From Vitrella brassicaformis CCMP3155 (taxonomy: Eukaryota > Protista > Chromerida), in NCBI GenBank assembly GCA_001179505.1, contig CDMY01000347.1:124001-188000 (forward strand): DNA of 64,000 nucleotides, in the 5' to 3' direction. Made by a program: the position numbers and the translations under genes. Positions 1-10,186 of this stretch are shown one piece after another. The notes beneath the pieces are model-generated. The model ran no database searches and had not been told where the DNA came from. It saw only the letters and a list, made by a program, of their open reading frames with translations. Positions within the stretch are counted from its first letter, which is position 1, and every line of letters begins with the position of its first letter.

Positions 1-113
1 CCTGTCTGTGGTGGCACACTTTTCGCGTTGAAACAGGGCTGGAAAGGCACATCGTACACATCAGATCAGCCACACACCAAATAAAGGGGCGAGGGCGTCC
101 TCCCGTCCAGCCG

Positions 114-3100
114 TCATCTCAGTGGAGGGATGGTCATGTTGAACACAGCACCCTCAGCATTGTGCACACCGCAGAGGCCCCCAAGCTCCTCGCACTGCCG
201 TGCCTCGGGCCGCCACTCGTACCACACCTCCATCCGCGACACATCCACGCGGCGACGCATCGACACGCTGACACACAGAAGAGCATGAGAGCAGCCACAC
301 CGTCATGCGACTCGAGCACTTGTCTCACTCCCCGCCTGGCCTGATTGACCGCCAAGGTACCTGAGAGTGTCATTTTGTGAGAGCATGAGGGGGCGCACGA
401 ATGGGACGAACAGCGGAGCGAACAGCTGCCCGATGACCGACTCCCCGGGGAGTGTGGACACACGGACGTCCTTGTAGAGGGTCGCTTTGAAGAACTTCGA
501 GAGGCCGTGCACCACTGCAGCAACACTCATGGTGAAGTCACCCTGATTGATGAGACAGACACGCAGACACGGACAGGCGCACATTCACACACACAGGTGG
601 TCGGTCACTTGACGACTGAGTGGATGTGTCGGCCAGCGCCACGCACCTGGAATGACCGCTCTCCCGCCTGAATGGTCGTGAAGGTGCTGTCAGGGTGGTG
701 GAACGACCACACCTTCTCGACACGCACCTTGCCGGAGGATTCCCTGCATCAAGGAACGCAGCACATCCTCACTGGACTACAGCCGACGTGTGCCGCTCCT
801 TCCTCTGCTGACACACCCTCCCGCCCACCTGGCAGGGAAGAACTGTGCCTTGCTGTGCACTAAAAAGGGCGTCTGCAACAGGTCCTGCGTCTGTGCCAGC
901 CTCGTCCACAGGCGGGCGGTGCTGACGGGCGTCACGAAGGTGCTGTACTCGCTGGGGATGACCACACCATCGCGAGCCAACAGACTGCCGCCCTTCAAGG
1001 CAACTGATGCGCGCGATAGAGACAGACGACACACATCCGTCCCATTCATGTGTGTGGGTGAGTGGATGGTTTGCTAAGGCACCGTACCGTTGATGTATTC
1101 GGGTGAGTGGTGGTTTTCGGCGGGGGGGGCCACCAGCACGTGAGCCCTCTTGCCATGCGGCAGCGAAAATGTCCTCAGATCGCCTGGGGTGACCTTCACT
1201 TTGCGCCACATCAGGTCGCCAGCGCCGCTGACACGCTTCCTGAACACGAGGTGGGCATTGCATTCATCGCAGTGCCTTGTGGAAATGTGACCCTGTGTGT
1301 CTCTGTATGGGTACCTGAGTGCGTCGACTGCCTCGTCAGAGCCCTCAACCACATGAACATCCCACTTCTGCACAGTCACTCAGACAGAAGCAAGCTTGGC
1401 ACCTTTGTTAACAGAAGCAAAAGCGAAATCCGCATGTCAGTCAGATTGCACCTTGATCTTGGCCTTGCTGACGGCATTGAGCACCGACTGCACGAGAGCA
1501 CCGCGGCCTCCGCCGCTGACCTGATCCATCCATCCATCCATCCACGACAACAACACAAATGCACACACCGATGCCACGACTGTCTTTGCATCCTTAACTC
1601 ACCACAATGGTGGCGTCCAGGTGTCCGGCCACCAGTCGGTCCGAGAGGCATCGTGCGAGGGCCTCCTCGTACAGCATGTCGGTGGCGGGGTCGCTGTGGA
1701 AGTAATCGGCCGCTGACTCGTCAACCTGCTCAGGGATGGGCGCCAGTAGCGACACCAGCACGTCCTGATACAGAACGTCGAGAGCCCGCTCGACCTTCTC
1801 CGCCTGCACAACACCACAGGAGAGTGCATCCATGTTTCGGAGACCTCTGGTGTCTTTCCTCCCTCCCACCTTTGTGGCCGGCTGTCTCCTCTCCTCTTCT
1901 TGGGCAACCGTCTCAGCCACAGCCGAGCCACACTCGGCCAACAGACTCTGACCAGGGGAGCCGACAACTGGGTAGCCGTAGCCCTCTCCCTCATACTCGA
2001 TCACAACAGCTTGTCGCAGGTCCATCACACCCAACACCCACTCAGACACACTCGCGGGCAGTTGCCGCGCCGAGTCACCTTCTCCTCCAGTGGCGAAGAC
2101 CGACATCGGCAGCAGGACGCCGCTCACCAGCTCGCCTTTCCACCTCTCCTGGAAGGGAACCAAAGGGTCTCGCAGATCGAGAAGCGCCTGTGCAAGGGGC
2201 GTATAGTTCAGCTGTCGGTGGAAGGCCGTCCAGCCTGACCAACCAGCGTCATCTGGAGGCACCCGCACCCACAGCTCAAAGGGAATCGGCGGCCGATCGG
2301 CGTCCGTCAGGTTGCTGACCAGCTGTTGGTCTTGGAGCATCGTCATGGGCACGGAGAGGACCACTGCGAGGAGGTCGGTCTTGCGGGCTACCTCCAGCTG
2401 CTCCAGCACCGAATCGACGTCCGACCCATCCCGAGCTCTCACATGGCCAGCAAGCCGCGTGCGCATCTGCTCGACACTCAGGCCAATGTCGGACGCCGCG
2501 ATTGGCCGCCATCTGCCGTCGGCCGTCTTGTTGCCCACCGGCACTGAGAGGAAATCAAATCCCCGATCAAGTGCATCGGGCAGCGTCATGAGAGCCTCTT
2601 GCTGATACGGGTCATCTGGTGACGGGTACGGCAGCAGGGCACCGAAAGCGATCGGGGGGAGAGGGGGGAGCTCATCCTCGATCGACGTAGGCTTCTGAGC
2701 CTTCTTGCTGCCTCCGCCTGTGATTCTCCAGGTGAGTTTTTCCACGGGGGGCGGCAGCAGGAGTCCCTTGATGGTGGACGTGACGGACGAGCTGAGAAGC
2801 GAGGTAAAGTCGCGGACAGACAGCTCGCCTCCCCTCCCGTCGCCCAGAATGCGGTAGTACAGATACACTGCAGGCACAATACGTGTGTCGGCCGGTCGGT
2901 CCTCATGTGCAGTGAGTGTTGATGCCTAGTACCTGATGTGGGTATGACGGTGAGGAGGTAGAGCAGGACGAGAGTGAGGATGAGGCAGTAGGTGGTGCGG
3001 TTGCTGCTGGAGGAGGAGGACGCGCCCTTCTGCACCAGGACTTCTCGAAGCACCTGCTGCATCTCGCTCGATGACAGATCCATCTTCCCACCCTGAACAC

Positions 3101-3292
3101 ACACATGAGATGGATGAGTATCTTGTGCTGTGCTGTGCTGTGCTGTGGTGACTGTGCTGCACGCACAGATCCGTTGCCTGCCTGAATTGTTGCCTTGGCT
3201 TGCTGTCCTCTTGCACCGCGATGACCATCATCTGCTTTGCTCCCTTCTCCTTCTCCTTCTTCTCGACGGCGACGCCTCAATGAGTCCTCCAT
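114..3292 (-). CDS. PRMT5-like (type II protein arginine methyltransferase family) protein, multi-exon, probably catalytically degenerate
   Basis: Spliced exons give QDVLVSLLAPIPEQVDESAADYFHSDPATDMLYEEALARCLSDRL (cf. PRMT5 [45 protein letters not shown]). Motif I is IV|VSGGGRGALVQSVLNA (exon starting 1520), followed by LARDGVVIPSEYSTFVTPVSTARLW and VVHGLSKFFKATLYKDVRVST. The last exon 268-114 reads VSMRRRVDVSRMEVWYEW...VHNAEGAVFNMTIPPLR* (cf. [29 protein letters not shown]). The start codon is uncertain (3292 or 3231). Confidence 0.85.
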
Positions 3293-3377
3293 CGGACGGA
3301 AGAACAAGGATCGGCCTCCGAGTCGAAGCTCGCACCGGTAGAGGAAGATGCTAGCAGGAGCTTAGCAGGAGCATATT

Positions 3378-3736
3378 CATTGAGATTAAAATCGGTCATC
3401 TGTCCACTCAAGCAGGTATCCACGGCAGGACGCGCGCATGCTTAGTCATCCGTCTGTCTAGCCATTCTGTCGGTATTTACAGTCTCCCTCCGACACACAC
3501 ACTCAACAGGCAGCCGCCGCCAGGCCAGGCTACCTACTACCTACCAGTCAGTACTTAGACGCATGCCACTGCACGCCGCTGTCTGGCTGGCCATATATCC
3601 TTACTCAGTCTGTTTGGTGTGTCTGCTTGCCCAGTGTGTGGCTGCCGTGGTGCGACCGGCATGACCCAGCCATGGTCGACGGACAGACCATGGCGAGAGC
3701 ATTCCGCTCCACCAACGTAGCCACACACAGGAGAAG
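3378..3736. repeat. ~360-bp dispersed direct repeat, copy 1 (copy 2 at 9307-9678)
   Basis: Direct comparison: both copies begin CATTGAGATTAAAATCGGTCATCTGTCCACTCA and end GTAGCCACACACAGGAGAAG. The 3' ~200 bp are almost identical and the 5' part has indels. Confidence 0.95.
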
Positions 3737-4269
3737 CTCGCGCAACATACTGATGAGTGGGTTGAATGCGGTCAAGATACACGGACATAAACGCATGGTC
3801 CGGCCAGGCCAGGTCAGGCCAGACAGGCAACACATCACCGAGACGAAAAAAATCCGTCACTCATCTACCGGTACAAGCATCGACCTATCCACCACGCTGC
3901 AAACCAAGAAAAGACATTCCTTCTGTACCGCACCGATCCCCCAGTCACAGTCACCCCGCCACCTTATCCCCCGTGTGTGTGTATGCAGACAGGAAAGCGA
4001 GAAATGCATCCTCCCATCGACTCATTCCCCATCAGGTGCAGCACCTCTATCTCATCCGCATGGAAGTGCTCCGACCCGCCCAGCACAGCATAACCATAGC
4101 CATCCTCCTCCCCCACAGAGCCCGCGGAAAATCATCGGAGCTCCAGGTGTACTGCACGCAGCTGCGGATGTCGGGACACTCACCGGCGCGTCGGGCAGAC
4201 ATCCCATCCCACCCAAACGCAACAGAAAGTCACACATCGGTTCATCCACTCACATGACCCACGGGGAAA

Positions 4270-4790
4270 CAGATCGCTCTCTCTCTGCGTGTGTGTGTGT
4301 CCATTCCCTCGGCCGCCCCTTTGTGCGCATCTCTGTCACCGCCCGGCAACCCTAAAGCACCAACACCCTTCATGGGCTGATCCTCTGGGGTTGCCAGTGC
4401 AGAGAACAGATGCCCACAGAGAGGGGAGGACACACACAGCTGGCAAAACCGAAACGGTTTCTCTCTTTTGTGTGTGTGTGTGTCGGTCTGTCTGTCTGTG
4501 AGCCGGCCGTGTGTGACGGAAGCATCGACGAGAGATCAACACACTCTCGCGAGCACACGTCCAACACTCCTCCACCAACAGACAGACGGCCACCGCCACA
4601 CCACACAGCGATTCCTTCGTCCAGCCAGCCAGCCAATCCTCCCTCTCTGTCTGTCTGTCTGTCATCTCTCCCCCGCCCCCCACTCATCGGCCGACACACT
4701 CATGGCAGCTGACGGCTGAGACGTGACAGACAAGGACGAGATGACAATGGCAGCCAGACCGACCGACACGCAAAGCCCCACAACACAATA
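4270..4790. repeat. ~520-bp direct duplication, copy 1 (copy 2 at ~5590-6137)
   Basis: Shared blocks such as GCGCATCTCTGTCACCGCCCGGCAACCCTAAAGCACCAAC and CCACTCATC(G/A)GCCGACACACTCATGGCAGCTGACGG occur in the same order in both copies. Confidence 0.9.
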
Positions 4791-5469
4791 CACTCTCATA
4801 AACACGACAGCCGTCAGTCCATCGATGCCGTCCACGCGGCAGAGAGACAAACAGTCAGTTCACTCACATCAGCTCGTCGACACATCGGCCGACCTTCCAC
4901 TCACACACAATACAGATAAATACGCAGCGCCAGTCAGTCAGTCAGTCAGCTGTGATGGCCAGCAGGTCGTCACGCTGCCCACAAGCGCCATCGGCATTGC
5001 CTCCCCCACATCGCCTTCACCGTCACCGAATCACACCTGCACCCACAAATGCGACACAGACCGTTTTGTGTGTCCTCTCCTCGGGCACATCCATCCATCC
5101 ATCCATGTGTGTGTCGCTGCCTGCCTGCGGATCACTGCCGCATTCGACTGCAGTCGACGGCCACCTCGGCGCCCCTCAACGCAGCGGACATGTCAGCCAC
5201 TCAGTCACTCAAAGCATTACACGCATCACCAGCAAGACACCCAACATGACACAGAGGCCGTCAGGTGGTTGAGATGTCACATCAGAGAGACACAACCGAT
5301 ACCCTGAGAGTGAGGAGGTCAGTCAAGGAACGGCCTGGCCACTCCTTTGTGCGTGTGTGTGTGTGTGTGTGTCCGTCAGTCAACCGCTCAATGTGTCGAA
5401 TGACCACCAAGAAAACCACAGCCGGCCACATCGACACACGATGCATACGACGGACGAACCAAACCGACG

Positions 5470-5503
<34 letters not shown>

Positions 5504-5589
5504 CTTCCCACACGCACATACACAGCAGCAGGCAATAGATAGACAGAGTGCGTTATGACACGCAGACACATAGACAGTCAGACAAAGAC

Positions 5590-5592
5590 AGA

Positions 5593-5628
<36 letters not shown>

Positions 5629-6137
5629 TCCATTCATTCCCTCGCCCGCCCCCTCTGTGCGCATCTCTGTCACCGCCCGGCAACCCTAAAGCACCAACTC
5701 CCTTCACGGGCTGACGCTCTGACGTTACTGACGGAAGAGCTAGATGCCCACAGAGAGAGGAGGGAGAGGACTCTCTCTCTCGGACGAACTGACAGGCAGA
5801 TCAGTGTGTGTGTGTCGGGCTGCCTGTCTGTCTGCCGGCCGTGTGTGACGGATGCATCGACGAGAGGTCAACACACTCTCGCGAACAGTCGTCACGCACA
5901 CCCGATGAACAGACAGACGGCCACCGCCACACCACACAGCGATTCCTTTGTGCAGCCAGCCAGCCAATCCTCCCTCTCTGTCTGTCGGTCTGTCTGTCTG
6001 TCTGTCTGTCATCTCTCCCCCGCCCCCCACTCATCAGCCGACACACTCATGGCAGCTGACGGGTGAGAGGTAGACAGCGAGGACGACATGACAGTGGCAG
6101 CCAGACCGACCGACACGCAGAGCCCCACAACACAACA
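5590..6137. repeat. ~520-bp direct duplication, copy 2
   Basis: Colinear, diverged copy of 4270-4790. Confidence 0.9.
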
Positions 6138-6922
6138 GAGTGAGATCGACGCACATACGACCAAAAGGCGACATAGTGAGAGATTCAGTTAAGTCAGTTC
6201 AGTCAGCCCGTCTGTCGGCTCATCGGCCGATCTTTCTCCCTCCAGCACATATCATCGCCATCAGCCACCTGCATCCGTTAAGATGACACACGCCACACAG
6301 AGAGAGGAGACATCTGTGGGTGTGAGTCCTGCCTGTCCCGCTGTGTACAGTACACGTGCCCATCTCTCTCGGCGTACCAGTTGGTCGAGTGCCCTCACTC
6401 CTTTGTCACACCGCTGCACCTCACACACCACACGACGTCTGCAGCACACCACACACAGATCCAGGAACCACCCGTCAAGACAGCACATGCATCATTTCGG
6501 CGTGTCACGCGCCCGCCGTGTGCATGACGTCCACCTGAATCACGCACCTGTATGTGCCGCCAGCAGCCGCCTGTGTGCTGACAGAGAGAGGGGACAACTG
6601 ACAGATCTCGTGCAGTGGGCCGTTAGCAAGGCTGACAAGAGCCAAGGAACCAATTGGCAGACCACCCGGGGCAGGGCGGCGCCAGAGGGTTTGAGGGGCT
6701 ATAGGGTTTAAACCCTGAACCCTACGAGCTTAGTTGCTTCGTGAAGCGGAGGGTTTAGGGCGTGAAACGGAGCCACTAGTCAAAGGGCCAATGGTAAGCG
6801 TTTGAGCACATTGGGTTTTTTCCAAAGGAAAAGACTCTCACTCTATCTGGTTGGTCATCACCTACTCTACGAGCAAATTGAGCACGCTATTTCCGACAGG
6901 TTAAGGGCCGAAGATTGTGGCC

Positions 6923-9146
6923 ATGACAGGAGTTGAGCGTGAGATCACTCTCCGGTTCGGCGGCGAGCAGCCTCCTCTCGTCATCAAGGAGAGTGTGGCA
7001 AAGCAATACAGATACTTCACACAGGTCACGCAACGCCAGCACAGCTAGCACTATGGACACACGAGGGCAAGGTGCATTGCATTGATCCAGGTGTTGAGCG
7101 GTGCTTTTCGCGAGGGGCAGCAGCAAGAGATGCGCATCGACAGCATCGACCGCTCGGTTGCACTGGAGGTGCTGCAGCCTGATGGCGACATCGCTCCTGC
7201 GATGACCAAGGACAATTTCGTGAGAGATCTAGTGGCCATCGACTACCTGCAGCCGCTGTGGGTCACAGACGGCAACGCGCGAAGCCTGCTGGGCCAAATC
7301 AAACGACGGGTACGGTGTTGACTGACTGAATGAGTGACGCACTGATATTATTGCTCTACTTGGTTTGCTGCAGGTTGTCGCGGCGGGTTGGCTGGCTGAC
7401 TCGTCTGTGGCAAGGGCCCTGCTCGACAGCTTCGGCAGTTGCCCGCTGATCGCCCGGCTCATCCACGGCTTCAAGGACATCCAGGCCCGCCTCGTGGCCG
7501 CTCTCATGGCCGACCCCTCGGTCCTCCGTGAGCAGTGGAAGGCGTCGGTCAAGGGACAGGAGGGTGAGGCCATCAAGGCCGCTATCGCCCTGACGGAAGC
7601 AGTGGGCGACGCCATCTCCGCCGGCAACATGAGTGCCTCCAAGGAGCAGCTGGGCCTCTTCCTTCAGATCGGCACCGGCGCTTCGAGCGCTACAGAGGCC
7701 ATCGGTCAGACACCGACACAGACAGACAGGCATTGGTGTGACAGCCAGACAGGCTTTGCTTTCTGTGTTTGTTTGGTTGATAAATCAGCGCGTGTGAAAC
7801 AACACGAGGTCTTCGTCTCGACATCCACGTCACAGCATGCCCTCGCTGTACCTCAACCCACCCCATCCGCTGGCAACGTTTGGTTCCCACTTGATGACGG
7901 CCGCCTCGCGGTTGGCGCCTACGGTATCCCTCGTATAGCACCCATACCACCGTTGGCACCTATCGCAGCTGGAGTTGCCGCCCCGGCACGTAACCGCGTC
8001 ATTGATCCCCCCGTCGAGATACGCGTGGAGGCGCCAGGGGGAGGCGTGACGGCGACCACCAATGTGACTGACATCAAGGACTGGGGGGTCTTCGTCAGGT
8101 TGTCCAGCCGACTGTGCACTGAGGGGGGTACTGCCGCCTGTTTCAGCCTGGATTGGTCAGTGGAGGCCAGCAACGCCCAAGGCTCCCCCGTGCCACTTCA
8201 CGCAGCCCCCACTGTGAGCCGGGAGTGTGTCAAGGACGAGGTCAAGTATTTCGGCGTCGCTCTTCTCGGCGCAAGCCCCTTCCTGTGCTACGTCGAGCCC
8301 AACCTGCCAGCCGACACGCTGCGAGAGAAGGGCGTGGGCGACGCCAGGTGCAGCGACGTCAAGGTGAACTTGGCGATTACGACCTACCCGATGCGTGTGA
8401 TGGCGCTTCACTACCTGCGCAAGTGCATTAAAGACTCGCACTGGGACGAAGTCGCCACCATAGCCAGGTGAGCACGCGAGCGCAACCGTCAGAGCATTAT
8501 AGGGGTGTATGTGTCGATGTTTGTGTTGGTTGTTCGTGTGTGCAGCTCGCTGGACCGTGCCGTGGCCATGGTGCTGATGGCCCACTGGAGCCGCATGCCG
8601 GTGCGGCGGCAGCTGCTGCTCATGGCACACTGGTGGAAGGGCATCAATGTCAACGGGCCGACGGGCGGCTTCAACGCGGCAGACGCAGCGCTCCTGGGCA
8701 ACGCAGTCCGGCGGCACATGGCGGATGTGCCGGCATTCCTGCGAACACTGGGGCACCTTCTCAGCCATGAGGACCGCAACAAAGTCTTCGATGCGCTCGA
8801 TTGCCACCTTTGGCGGGCGGCGCTCAGCAGCCTAATGGACACTGTGTCGACGCAGCAAAAGGAGGTCAGACAAGCAGGCAGACAGGCAGATTGGCGCGGC
8901 TCATAAGCAAACGGGCTGCTGGTGCTGCTGTGGTGGCTGTGGTGCGTTCAGATTGAGTCGCTCAGCAGTCAGGTCGCCACACTCAAGCTGCAGGTATGTG
9001 TGCAGGTATGTGTGCAGGAAGCTGAGGAAAGTGTCGACATGCTGCGCCTGATTGTTTGCAGCTTGACGAATGCCGTGGGTCTTCGTCTGATAAACGAGTC
9101 ACACCGAACTGAGACGATCGGGCTATCTCCCGCGACTCTACATTAA
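6923..9146 (+). CDS. BTB/POZ-domain protein, multi-exon
   Basis: Exon 1 (6923-7024) splices in phase 0 to 7091, giving MTGVEREITLRFGGEQPPLVIKESVAKQYRYFTQ|VLSGAFREGQQQEMRIDSIDRSVALEVL...NFVRDLVAIDYLQ. This matches BTB motifs YF..MFSG.F.E..Q..I.L..ID and NV..LL..ADYLQ. Later exons lie in ORFs 7365-8471 and 8505-8906. The 3' end is uncertain. Confidence 0.7.
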
Positions 9147-9306
9147 TTGTTGTGCGAGTTGTCCTTTTGTCGCCGTCTGTGCGGTGCGTGAGGAGACTTG
9201 TCCTGTGTGTGCCGTGTCGGTCACCTTTATGTTGGCCAAGTGCCTGACTGACATTTGGTGTGGTGTCATCAAATCAACTCAATGCTAGTTACACAAGCAT
9301 GGCATG

Positions 9307-9678
9307 CATTGAGATTAAAATCGGTCATCTGTCCACTCACGTAAGCAGGTACACGCGCGCATGGTTAGCCATCCGTCTGTCTAGCCATCCGAGTCGGTAT
9401 TTACATTGCCTGCCATCCGTCTCCCTCCGACACACACACACAACAGGCAGCCGCCGCCACGCCAGGCCAGGCTACCTACTGCCTACCAGTCAGTACTTAG
9501 ACGCATGCCACTGCACGCCGCTGTCTGGCTGGCCATATATCCTTACTCAGTCTGTTTGGTGTGTCTGCTTGCCCAGTGTGTGGCTGCCGTGGTGCGACCG
9601 GCATGACCCAGCCATGGTCGACGGACAGACCATGGCGAGAGCATTCCGCTCCACCAACGTAGCCACACACAGGAGAAG
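9307..9678. repeat. ~360-bp dispersed direct repeat, copy 2
   Basis: Matches 3378-3736 (see copy 1). Confidence 0.95.
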
Positions 9679-10186
9679 AGCACACACAGCTCGCAACCAA
9701 CGATTGAATCCTCTACAAGCTAATCTGACGACAAGAAGAAGATGGGGCGCATCATATCATCCGCCTCGCCTGCCTCTGTGTGGCCGTTGGCGCCCCCCAC
9801 AACACGTGACCGTCGCCATGCAGGCATGCAGGCATGCACGGCGAGGGTCACCGGCATGGATGACGACAACAGCGACACGAAGGCAGGCATGCAGGCACCA
9901 GACAGGAGATAGACGCGCAAGAGGAAACACAAGGAGGGAGGCAGGCAGTGCGATGTCAGGTACAGGAATGCAGCAACACCCAGCCAGCCAGCCAGCGATA
10001 AAAAGGCGGGGCGGCACGGACACACGCACAGCCGAGGGAGGCAGAGCTCAGCAAGTCACCGCCACTGATAGTCAGTCAGAAAGACGCCCATCAAGACACG
10101 CCACACGCCACTCTCTCTCCTCTACTCTAGCAGCCCCTTGTGTGGCATGTGTGTGTGTGTGTGTGTGTGTATGAATATACTCACTC

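Noticed and set aside
3655-3700. SECIS-like look of the duplicated hairpin (ATGA ... GA)
   Set aside because: Helix II is asymmetric, there is no AA in the apical loop, the bulge is on the wrong strand for a kink-turn, and no upstream selenoprotein ORF is evident.
3378-9678. LTR retrotransposon or composite transposon defined by the two 360-bp direct repeats
   Set aside because: No TG...CA ends, primer-binding site, gag/pol or transposase motifs, and no TSD seen. The interior holds an intron-containing BTB gene.
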